From NCBI GenBank assembly GCA_963796285.1, contig CAWCKW010000012.1:928001-992000 (forward strand): a DNA stretch of 64,000 bases, read 5' to 3'. The position numbers and the translations under genes are program-made. Below, piece by piece: positions 21,738-30,296 of the stretch; within the stretch, counting starts at the first letter, position 1; each line of letters opens with the position of its first letter. The DNA comes from Nitrospirota bacterium. GTDB taxonomy: Bacteria; Nitrospirota; UBA9217. The notes beneath the pieces were generated by a model. That model was given only the letters and a program-made list of their open reading frames with translations. It did no database searches and was not told where the DNA came from.

Positions 21738-21913
21738 ATACAAGAATAATTTTGGCACTTCGTGTGAACTTACGAGCGAAAAAGCATGCCCCATTTTACG
21801 CATCCAATGATTATCGTTTAAACCCGCATATAGAATGTACTTGAAACACAATAACATCGGCATGCATCATCTTTCATGAAGCAATCGTGATGCAGTCCTA
21901 ATCTCTGCATTGC

Positions 21914-22055
21914 TTATCTGATCTTCTTCACAATTATCTCCTTCGCAATGTCCTAATCAAATATGATCATGATCTTACCATGCTGGATCACAGAATAAGT
22001 TCTGTGAAACTTTATCACGGTGCCAGGCACGGCCCCATTGCAGGAAGACGATGCA
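21914..22055 (-). pseudogene. Relic of FeoA domain (DtxR-FeoA type)
   Basis: Minus strand reads RLPAMG/VPGTVIKFH..YSVIQHGKIMIIFD*DIAKEIIVKKIR*, matching the C-terminus of 29480-30187. Confidence 0.65.
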
Positions 22056-22397
22056 CGCTCTTATAAAACGACCTCTATCGTTTGCTTTAATTCAAAGCGT
22101 CATTAGAAACAGACTCACTTAGGAACACTCCCTCCACTCCCAAATACACATTAACGATAACGTTACCTAGACCATCAGGCTTGCATCCACTTCCGATTTT
22201 TTCCAGAGCATCTCCGTAACACTGTCCGCAGTTTCAATAATCCTGCCAGTTTTTTAACAATGACATCAGCGGACGTTTCCTCATGCTTGAGCCGTCGGCA
22301 AATCACATTCTTTTTTACCACGAACCATAGATCATTACAGAATATTTATTGACGGCGACGTTGACGTGCTTCGTCATAATATCGTGCATTCATACAA

Positions 22398-22463
22398 TGT
22401 AACTCGAATCACAAATAATGTGTATTCGAAGTCACAGACTATCCTTCGGGTCTAACGTACTAT
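22398..22463 (+). promoter_or_regulatory. Tandem CRP-family boxes plus -10 element (copy 2)
   Basis: TGTAA-N6-TCACA 22398-22413, TGTAT-N6-TCACA 22421-22436, TACTAT 22458-22463. Confidence 0.6.
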
Positions 22464-22530
22464 TACATCAACGTGAGATTCAACTCTCACATGATCATTG
22501 ATGGCATTCATAGTTTTATGACTTTTTTTA

Positions 22531-22630
22531 TCTTTCTCTGCTCAGAGCAAACCAGGGGAAACCCTGGGACGCAGAGAAACGGGACTAACGAATTACTGGA
22601 GTCAATGTCCGCCGAGCCGCCAGAGAGAAT
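22531..22630 (+). ncRNA. GEMM-I (c-di-GMP-I family) riboswitch, A20 variant (candidate 3',3'-cGAMP sensor)
   Basis: GAGCAAACCAGG-GAAA-CCTGGGACGCA..CGGGACTAA..ATGTCCGCCGAGCCGCC; P1 UUUCUCUG/CAGAGAGA; A at 22546 aligns to Vc2 G20. Confidence 0.8.
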
Positions 22631-22672
22631 CACCGGCATTTATGTATTGCTCGAACAGAGGAGGAACACCAA

Positions 22673-23656
22673 ATGGTTAACAAAAAGGCATGTGTCATTC
22701 TTTTGACATCGCTGATCATTACAAGCTTGTTCGGCTGCGGAAGCGGAGGAGGTACTGCCAATCTCGATACATCGGCAAGCAGCAGCGGCGCCCAACTTGA
22801 ATCCATCGCATTAACGCCGACAAACCCAACGATCGCTGTAGATACCGATATACAATTCACCGCTACCGGCACATACTCGGACAACACAACAAAAGACCTG
22901 ACATCGACAGTAACATGGACCTCATCGTCTCTGGATGCTTTGAATGTTGCATCCGGCGCTGATGTTGCACAATTCACAGGATTCTCCGCATCAACAGCCG
23001 ATAACTCAAGCACGCTCCTCAGTGCGGGGCGCACAAAAGCCACGCGTTCTGGCAAGGCAAAGATCACGGCAAAGTGGGGAAGCATTTCAGGATCGACTAC
23101 TGTAACAGTGACTTCGGCAACACTCGTATCCATAGCCATCACCCCGACCGATCCAAGCATTGTCAAGGGAACAAACCAGCAGTTCGTTGCCACAGGTACA
23201 TTCTCAGACAATACAACGCAGGACCTGACGATAACAGTAACCTGGAGTTCATCGGATGCGGCTGTGGCAGCCATCAGTAACGCAGCAGGTTCCAATGGAT
23301 TGGCAACCTCTGTAGCCACTGGCTCAACAACGATCACGGCAACATCAGGGAGCGTTTCAGGAACTGCCACACTTGCCGTAACCGTGGGGGGTGTTGTATC
23401 TTTGGCGTGGGATGCGCCAACGACAAACACAGACGGATCGTCCTTGAATCCTGCGACTGATCTATCTCTGTACAAAATATACTATGGATCGGCATCTCTT
23501 ACGTATGCAACAGTATTGAATGTCACAAATCCGGGGACAACTACCATATCACAGACCTTGAACCTTTCACCAGGGACATACTATTTTTCGGTGACAACGG
23601 TAGATGCCTCTGGTCAGGAAAGCAGCTATTCAAACGAAGTAATGAAAACAATTTAA
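22673..23656 (+). CDS. Surface lipoprotein, 2 Big_2/Lig-type Ig repeats plus FN3-like tip
   Basis: Lipobox LFGC; SIA.TP..QF.ATGT.SD..DLT..VTW.SS repeats; same C-terminal domain as neighbours. Confidence 0.88.
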   Translation: MVNKKACVILLTSLIITSLFGCGSGGGTANLDTSASSSGAQLESIALTPTNPTIAVDTDIQFTATGTYSDNTTKDLTSTVTWTSSSLDALNVASGADVAQFTGFSASTADNSSTLLSAGRTKATRSGKAKITAKWGSISGSTTVTVTSATLVSIAITPTDPSIVKGTNQQFVATGTFSDNTTQDLTITVTWSSSDAAVAAISNAAGSNGLATSVATGSTTITATSGSVSGTATLAVTVGGVVSLAWDAPTTNTDGSSLNPATDLSLYKIYYGSASLTYATVLNVTNPGTTTISQTLNLSPGTYYFSVTTVDASGQESSYSNEVMKTI

Positions 23657-23662
23657 CATACA

Positions 23663-23706
23663 ACAAAACATGCCCCCCCAGCCGTACCGGGGGGGCATTC
23701 TGTTTG
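23663..23706 (+). terminator. Intrinsic terminator
   Basis: ATGCCCCCC-loop-GGGGGGCAT then TCTGTTT. Confidence 0.7.
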
Positions 23707-23880
23707 TAAACAAGCAATATTGGGCACTTCGTTTGCACAATGGAGCGAAGAAGCATGGCTCATATTGTGCGTGCAATAATGATCGTTTAAACCCACTTAT
23801 AGAAAGTAATTGAAACTCAATAACAGCAGCATGCATTCTTTCTTGCAGCGATCGTGAATCAGTCCTAATCTCTGCATTGC

Positions 23881-24030
23881 TTATCTGATCTTCTTCACCA
23901 ATAATCCTTCGTGATATCGATATCAAATGCGACCATCGTCCTACCAAGCTGGATCATATAATAAGTTATTTTCTGGTAAAGTTTGGCCACAGTGCCAGGC
24001 ACTTCCCCATTGCAGAAAAGACGATCATGA
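23881..24030 (-). pseudogene. Second FeoA-domain relic
   Basis: DRL/AMGEVPGTVAKLYQKITYYMIQLGRTMVAFDIDITKD/VKKIR*. Confidence 0.7.
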
Positions 24031-24517
24031 AGATAAAGTGCTGCGTTCTCATAAATTTGATCTCCGAGAAATAGTTTACGATGAGAAACGCTCAATGTGG
24101 TAAGCGACAGAGAGGACATCGCTTGGGGAAGTCAAATCTATTCTAACGTGTTAAATTGTGACTAGGCACATAAATACTTTTCGTGCATATCTTTAAACGA
24201 TTCGTATACTTCTATTCAAAGCGACATCATAAACGACCACGCAGGAACACCTCCTCCACTCCCAATACACATGACCATAACGTTACCTAGACCATCAGCC
24301 TTGCATCCTACTTCCGATTTTTTCAGAGCATCTCCGTAAGACTGTCCGCAGTTTCAATAATCCTGCCAGTTTTCTAACAATGACATCAGCGGACGTTTCC
24401 TCATGCTTGAGCCGTCGGCAAATCACATTCTTTATTACCACGAACCATAGATCATTACAGAATATTTATTGACGGCGACGTTGACGTGCTTCGTCATAAT
24501 ATCGTGCATTCATACAA

Positions 24518-24583
24518 TGTAACTGGAATCACAAATAATGTGTATTCGCTGTCACAGACTATCCTGCGAGCCTAACGTACTAT
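24518..24583 (+). promoter_or_regulatory. Tandem CRP-family boxes plus -10 element (copy 3)
   Basis: TGTAA-N6-TCACA 24518-24533, TGTAT-N6-TCACA 24541-24556, TACTAT 24578-24583. Confidence 0.6.
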
Positions 24584-24649
24584 TACATCAACGTGAGATT
24601 CAAATCTCACACGATCTTTGAGAGCGTTAATAGATTCAGACTTTTTCAA

Positions 24650-24749
24650 TCTTTCTCTGCTCAGAGCAAACCAGGGGAAACCCTGGGACGCAGAGAAACG
24701 GGACTAACGAATTACTGGAGTCAATGTCCGCCGAGCCGCCAGAGAGAAT
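24650..24749 (+). ncRNA. GEMM-I riboswitch, A20 variant (same aptamer as copy 2)
   Basis: Same sequence as 22531-22630; A20 equivalent at 24665. Confidence 0.8.
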
Positions 24750-24791
24750 CGCCGGCATTTATGTATTGCTCGAACAGAGGAGGAACACCAA

Positions 24792-26855
24792 ATGGTTAAC
24801 AAAAAGGCATGTGTCATTCTTTTGACATCGCTGATCATTACAAGCTTGTTCGGCTGCGGAAGCGGAGGAGGTACTGCCAATCTCGATACATCGGCAAGCA
24901 GCAGCGGCGCCCAACTTGAATCCATCGCATTAACGCCGACAAACCCAACGATCGCTGTAGATACCGATATACAATTCACCGCTACCGGCACATACTCGGA
25001 CAACACAACAAAAGACCTGACATCGACAGTAACATGGACCTCATCGTCTGTGGATGCTTTGAATGTTGCATCCAGCACTGATGTTGCACAGTTCACAGGA
25101 TTCTCCGCATCAACAGCCGATAACTCAAGCACGCTCCTCAGTGCGGGGCGCACAAAAGCCACGCGTTCTGGCAGGGCAAAGATCACGGCAAAGTGGGGAA
25201 GCATTTCCGGATCGACTACTGTAACAGTGACTTCGGCAACACTCGTATCCATAGCCATCACCCCGACCGATCCAAGCATTGTCAAGGGAACAAACCAGCA
25301 GTTCGTTGCCACAGGTACATTCTCAGACGATACAACGCAGGACCTGACGACAACAGTAACCTGGAGTTCATCGGATGCGGCTGTGGCAGCCATCAGTAAC
25401 GCAGCAGGATCCAATGGGTTGACAACCTCAGCAGCCGCCGGCTCAACAACGATCACGGCAGCATCGGGAAGCATATCGGGTTCAACTTCGCTGACGGTAA
25501 CTTCGGCTGTACTCGTGTCCATAGCAGTAAACCCGACGAGCCCGAGCATAGCGCCAGGGACTACGCAGCAGTTTACTGCCACAGGCACTTACTCCGACAA
25601 TACGACGCAGGACCTGACTACAACAGTGATGTGGAATTCATCGACTGCGGCAGTTGCCACCATTAGTAACGCGGCAGGTTCCAACGGATTGGCTAATTCT
25701 GTAGCCACGGGCTCAACTACGATCACGGCAACATCGGGAAGTATTTCAGGAATTTCCACGCTGACAGTGACACCCGCAACGCTCGTTTCCATTGCGCTCA
25801 CCCCTACCAATCCAAGTATTGCGCTGGGGACATCCAAGCAGTTCACTGCAACGGGGACGTACTCCGATAATTCGACGCAGAACCTGACCACGTCAGTAAC
25901 TTGGAAGTCATCATCGACGACTGTTGCAGCCATCAGTAACGCAGCAGGTTCCAATGGTAAGGCAACATCAGTGGCCGCGGGCTCAACAACGATTACGGCA
26001 ACATCGGGAAGTATATCGGGATCTACCACGCTTACGGTGACCTCGGCTACACTCGTATCCATAGCGGTTACCCCGACCAACCCAAGCATTGCGCTGGGGA
26101 CATCCAAGCAGTTCACTGCCACGGGGACGTACTCCGATAATTCGACGCAAAACCTGACCACATCAGCAACTTGGAAGTCATCATCGACGACTGTTGCAGC
26201 CATCAGTAACGCAGCAGGTTCCAATGGTAAGGCAACATCAGTAGCCGCGGGTTCAACAACGATCACGGCAACATCGGGAAGTATATCGGGATCTACCACG
26301 CTTACGGTGACCTCGGCTACACTCGTATCCATAGCGGTTACCCCGATTAATCAGAGCATTTCGCTTGGAGCAACACAGCAATTCACCGCAACAGGGACTT
26401 ACTCCAATAGTTCAACACAGAACCTGACGACCGCAGTAACCTGGAAGTCATCAACGGCGGCTATTGCAAGTATCAGTAACGCAGCAGGTTCCAATGGACT
26501 GGCAACCTCGGTAGCAGCTGGCTCAACGACGATAACAGCAACGTCAGGGAGCGTTTCAGGAACTGCCACTCTTGCCGTAACCGGGAGCGGTGTTATATCT
26601 TTGGCGTGGGATGCGCCAACGACGAATACAGATGGATCTTCCCTGAATCCTGCGACTGATCTATCCCTGTACAAAATATACTATGGATCGGCATCTCTTA
26701 CATATGCAACAGTTGTGAATGTCACAAATCCTGGGACGACTACAATTTCAAAGACCTTGAACCTTTCACCGGGGACATACTATTTTTCGGTGACGACAGT
26801 AGATTCCTCCGGTCAGGAAAGCAGCTATTCAAATGAAGTAATGAAGACGATATAA
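24792..26855 (+). CDS. Surface lipoprotein, 6 Big_2/Lig-type Ig repeats plus FN3-like tip
   Basis: Lipobox LFGC, 90-aa (270-nt) repeats; 360 aa longer than its paralog, equal to 4 repeats. Confidence 0.9.
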   Translation: MVNKKACVILLTSLIITSLFGCGSGGGTANLDTSASSSGAQLESIALTPTNPTIAVDTDIQFTATGTYSDNTTKDLTSTVTWTSSSVDALNVASSTDVAQFTGFSASTADNSSTLLSAGRTKATRSGRAKITAKWGSISGSTTVTVTSATLVSIAITPTDPSIVKGTNQQFVATGTFSDDTTQDLTTTVTWSSSDAAVAAISNAAGSNGLTTSAAAGSTTITAASGSISGSTSLTVTSAVLVSIAVNPTSPSIAPGTTQQFTATGTYSDNTTQDLTTTVMWNSSTAAVATISNAAGSNGLANSVATGSTTITATSGSISGISTLTVTPATLVSIALTPTNPSIALGTSKQFTATGTYSDNSTQNLTTSVTWKSSSTTVAAISNAAGSNGKATSVAAGSTTITATSGSISGSTTLTVTSATLVSIAVTPTNPSIALGTSKQFTATGTYSDNSTQNLTTSATWKSSSTTVAAISNAAGSNGKATSVAAGSTTITATSGSISGSTTLTVTSATLVSIAVTPINQSISLGATQQFTATGTYSNSSTQNLTTAVTWKSSTAAIASISNAAGSNGLATSVAAGSTTITATSGSVSGTATLAVTGSGVISLAWDAPTTNTDGSSLNPATDLSLYKIYYGSASLTYATVVNVTNPGTTTISKTLNLSPGTYYFSVTTVDSSGQESSYSNEVMKTI

Positions 26856-26860
26856 GATAC

Positions 26861-26901
26861 AAACAGAATGCCTTCCAGCAGCACCGGAGGCATTCTGTTT
26901 C
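26861..26901 (+). terminator. Intrinsic terminator
   Basis: AAACAGAATGCCT-loop-AGGCATTCTGTTT. Confidence 0.7.
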
Positions 26902-26979
26902 ATTACCTGCTTGAGTTATATGTCGATTGCTGAAACGAGATTAACATTGTGCTTATGACGGAGTCCTATACTATAATAG

Positions 26980-27147
26980 GTGGTTACGCCGGCTAATTTC
27001 CCACTTGGAACCACCTGCTTTCAGTGACTTTGATGAGTATGGACTTGCCGGAGTTGGAGTTGCATACGACGGCTATTGTAATAGGCAGGGTGGGTGCTTC
27101 TGGGTCGGACTTGAACACTGGCGCCATTTTCAGTTTTATTCCTTCAT
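26980..27147 (-). pseudogene. feoB: feoB 5' remnant
   Basis: SD then ATG AAG GAA TAA; ITIAVVCNSNSGKSILI..QVGN*PA is a decayed G1/G2 region; truncated. Confidence 0.65.
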
Positions 27148-27162
27148 CTTCCCTCCGTGCCT

Positions 27163-27395
27163 TCAATTAAGCTTCTGCACATCAACCCACTCCGTTTTTC
27201 TCTTTTTTCTGGACGAAAGGTGTTAGTTTTTGATCTGCACCTCGATGCGGTCGTCGAGAGGGGCAACTATCCTGATCCAGGTCTCTTCCCCAACGAGCAC
27301 AGCCATGTCCATGAATCTCCGCTTGAACGGACCGAGCGATCCGGTCCGTGTGATCTTCCTTTTTCGCTGACTTTCAGCATTGCCGGATTCTTCAT
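27163..27395 (-). pseudogene. feoA: feoA pseudogene
   Basis: KRRFMDMAVLVGEE..VAPLDDRIEVQIKN*HLS.RK. Confidence 0.7.
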
Positions 27396-27620
27396 ACTAT
27401 TCTCCGCACCGTGATGTTCATTGCCAGACCCCGGACGAGAGTGATCCTGGATTCATCGACTCTGATCAGGATTGGGCCTTTGCCGTTGTTATCCAATATC
27501 TCGACCAAATTTCCTGCGCGTAAATTCCATGTCCTCAATCCGCGCATAGGAATGCTTTCCAGGAATGATCGCCCCGACCTGCGCCGCATCTCTTGAATGT
27601 AACAACCCCAAAGGAAACAT
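27392..27620 (-). pseudogene. feoA: feoA, frameshifted
   Basis: MFPLGLL..RIEDM/AGNLVEILDNNGKGPILIRVDESRITLVRGLAMNITV. Confidence 0.7.
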
Positions 27621-27630
27621 GCCATACCTT

Positions 27631-28455
27631 CTAAAACAACGGGTGTTCGAAAGAAAGATAGAAAAAGACACCATATTCATTCTTTGACTCACCCACTCCT
27701 ATCGGAAAGGCCAGTCCCGGCACAACCTGCAATCCGGATTTATAATTTAAGGCAAACCGCATCCCAGGATTGATGAAACACGTTTCCGAATTTTTTTTCG
27801 AACCATCCGTACGCACCAGCTGAGAGGAATTCCAGACCACCTCGGTCAGAAGATTGAAGTTCTCCGATACGAGCCATATCGCGCTGGCCCCCAGGTTGTA
27901 ACCTATGGTGTCCGCCCTGGCACCTCCCGGTTCTTTGCTTCCCGGCGTATACGTGGTCCCTGCGTTCCAGTGAGTAACCAGGTTGTTCGAAAGTATCCCA
28001 CTGAACGGCATATTCACCTGATAACCATACGCGCCCGAGCCCATTCGATTTTTATAATCGCCGGTCGGTAGTATCAGTGAAAAACGAGGGGCGACCGCGA
28101 TTTTTTCTTTTTGAACGAGCTGATATCGATAATTAAGAAGAATGTCTCCCAGTCCTGTTTCTGTCGGTTCTCCGAAATGGGATACTGGAAGGGTATACGA
28201 AAGCTGATTTTTCTCGTCCGGTACCGGCCACTCCTGCGTGAAAGTATAAAGCCACGTGTTAGCTTTTTTCAGATATTCAAAGGTCTGAATATGCTGGACT
28301 ACACCTCTTTCTTGGTTGTAGGCTTCTTCGATGAGGAACGAATTGTCCTCAATCCTCTTTGGTTCATCTTTCTTATTTTCCTCCGCAAAGGTACAGGTAA
28401 TGAAAACCAGAACATTCAAGAGGCAAACCAGTAAAGCCACAACTGTCTTAATCAC
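27631..28455 (-). CDS. Outer-membrane beta-barrel (transporter family)
   Basis: Signal peptide, IEDNSFLIEEAYNQE, GLGDILLNYRYQ, LPTGD, terminal SFEHPLF. Confidence 0.8.
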   Translation of the reverse strand: MIKTVVALLVCLLNVLVFITCTFAEENKKDEPKRIEDNSFLIEEAYNQERGVVQHIQTFEYLKKANTWLYTFTQEWPVPDEKNQLSYTLPVSHFGEPTETGLGDILLNYRYQLVQKEKIAVAPRFSLILPTGDYKNRMGSGAYGYQVNMPFSGILSNNLVTHWNAGTTYTPGSKEPGGARADTIGYNLGASAIWLVSENFNLLTEVVWNSSQLVRTDGSKKNSETCFINPGMRFALNYKSGLQVVPGLAFPIGVGESKNEYGVFFYLSFEHPLF

Positions 28456-28504
28456 CTTTAACTCCTTTTATATTTATTTTCTCGCAAAATAAATTTGGCG
28501 GCTT

Positions 28505-29203
28505 TTAAAACGGAACTCCAAGAACGAAGCGTACTTCGCGGTCATTGGTGTTCCTGTTCAGGCCGTACACTGCCCCGAGGTTCGCCCAGATTCTGCTTCC
28601 CATCCAGGATAAAGTCGGTCCTACAGCATATTCGTCTCTAGTATAGCTCCCCTTCGACTCAACGCCGATCCGTATCCATGGTGCGAGCTCGTAGCTTATA
28701 CCGGCGGCGTATGCGTTATCGCCCGTACCAGTGTTTTTTACACGTTCATAGATTTGGTTGTACGAGGCATTGAACCTCCCGATGTCCTTTGACAGAATGA
28801 TTTTACCTTCGTACACGCTCCCCTCTACTGTGCTCACCTCGGTCTCTGCATATAACAGCACATCCACGGGCAGCATATTAGCATCAGCTATTCGGTACTT
28901 GAGTTCGACATTGTATCCTACATAGGTCAGTGAATTGCTGTCCGCTGCTTGTTCATAAATCTGATAGAGGCTCGCATTCAGACGGTCCGTTATACCGTAC
29001 TCAAGCTCTACCTTCTGCTGCCAATCGCTCGCATTCCGTGTCTGCACATCCTGTGTCACGGCGGTGTTCCAAAACTCGATTTCCGCGTTTCCTTTTGCCA
29101 GAGTCGCATACTCTTCAGTCCAAACATAGGTCTTCTGCGCCGCCCACGCCCCTGTGCTTCCAAAAAACAACATTACAACAATACCCCAAAACATCCTCTT
29201 CAT
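28505..29203 (-). CDS. Outer-membrane beta-barrel protein
   Basis: Signal peptide, ELEYGITDRL, alternating beta strands, terminal Phe. Confidence 0.75.
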   Translation of the reverse strand: MKRMFWGIVVMLFFGSTGAWAAQKTYVWTEEYATLAKGNAEIEFWNTAVTQDVQTRNASDWQQKVELEYGITDRLNASLYQIYEQAADSNSLTYVGYNVELKYRIADANMLPVDVLLYAETEVSTVEGSVYEGKIILSKDIGRFNASYNQIYERVKNTGTGDNAYAAGISYELAPWIRIGVESKGSYTRDEYAVGPTLSWMGSRIWANLGAVYGLNRNTNDREVRFVLGVPF

Positions 29204-29221
29204 GTTCCTCGTCCTCCTCAT

Positions 29222-29240
29222 GATATTGATTTTCATTTTC
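29222..29240 (-). promoter_or_regulatory. Fur-box-like site
   Basis: GATATTGATTTTCATTTTC, 15/19 match to GATAATGATAATCATTATC, just upstream of the barrel gene SD. Confidence 0.55.
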
Positions 29241-29241
29241 A

Positions 29242-29430
29242 TTAAAAGACCGAACTAATTTCTCCCTTTTTTATTCCAAAGGCGTAGTTCAGGTTGCCGG
29301 ATGCGGCTTGTTCTAGAATATTTTTATCGTTGTCGGTGGGCGTGTCGGCAGCTTCATGGTTTTCAAGAAAATCCTGATGAAATCCCAGTAAACCGTCCAT
29401 ATAAACCGTCGCCGCATCGTCCCTGCTCAT
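29242..29430 (-). CDS. Small acidic hypothetical protein
   Basis: GGAGG SD 5 nt before ATG, co-oriented within the iron locus. Confidence 0.45.
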   Translation of the reverse strand: MSRDDAATVYMDGLLGFHQDFLENHEAADTPTDNDKNILEQAASGNLNYAFGIKKGEISSVF

Positions 29431-29479
29431 GGTAACCTCCTTTCCCTAATTTAGTATTTTGAGCTTTCAAAACAGACCG

Positions 29480-30187
29480 TCATACTTTTTTCACGAATAT
29501 CTCTTTTGTAATGTCCTTGTCAACTGCGATCATTGTCTCGCCAAGTTGGATTACATAAGCCGGTTTTTTCTGGTGAAGCTTTACCACCGTGCCAGGCACA
29601 ACCCCCATTGCCGAAAGTCTGTCAAGACGCGAGTGGGAACCTGGGGTAATGAATACGATCTTTGCCTGCTCACCAGGTACAAGATCAGCAAGCGGCGCGA
29701 CAAGCGGCTTCATTTCCTGCCGGAACATTGTGCAGCATTCACCGCGTGGTATCGGCTTTCCGTCCGGCGAGTTCGGCGGATGACCGAGAAGGGTGCAGAC
29801 GCTGTCGGTTACCTCAGGGGAAAGAATATGCTCGAACTTGCAGGCCTCTGCCTCAGCACCGTCCAGGGCAAATAGATCGTAGAACATCCTGAGCGAGAGT
29901 CGATGCCGCCTTACCAACTCACGTGCCCTTTTCTCACCTGTCGGGAGCAGTTCTACCACCTGCCCTTTGATATCGATCCAGCTGTTCCTGGCAAGATCTT
30001 TAAGGATATCTGCGCATCCCTGGAGAGTACAGTTCTGAACAATTGCGTCCAGCGTCAGCGTTCCTTCCTCTCTCAGCGTCCAGATAATCTCAAAGAGTTC
30101 GTCTTCCTTCTCAATCTCCGGCAACACGCACAACGCAGGATGACCTGCTTTCCCCTCAAGAGTATTAATTCGTTTTTGTTCTGACAT
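29480..30187 (-). CDS. DtxR/MntR-family regulator with C-terminal FeoA domain
   Basis: ARELVRRHRL, EAEACKFEHILS, HPPNSPDGKPIP, RLSAMGVVPG. Confidence 0.88.
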   Translation of the reverse strand: MSEQKRINTLEGKAGHPALCVLPEIEKEDELFEIIWTLREEGTLTLDAIVQNCTLQGCADILKDLARNSWIDIKGQVVELLPTGEKRARELVRRHRLSLRMFYDLFALDGAEAEACKFEHILSPEVTDSVCTLLGHPPNSPDGKPIPRGECCTMFRQEMKPLVAPLADLVPGEQAKIVFITPGSHSRLDRLSAMGVVPGTVVKLHQKKPAYVIQLGETMIAVDKDITKEIFVKKV

Positions 30188-30296
30188 GATTCACCTCTTT
30201 CCTCGCGGATCGCTAATTGAACCATAATGATCAACGTTTAATCCGCAATCCTCTTTTTGTTTTACGCCTTACTCCTCACCCTGACGTTGCACGGGT

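Noticed and set aside
25220-26580. 270-nt repeats as a CRISPR array or DGR template/variable repeats
   Set aside because: The repeats are in-frame protein domains with no unique spacers, differences are not adenine-specific, and no cas or reverse transcriptase gene is in the window
22630-26674. Long minus-strand ORFs over the Ig genes
   Set aside because: Antisense shadows of Thr/Ser/Ala-rich repetitive codons; the + strand has SD, lipobox and terminators
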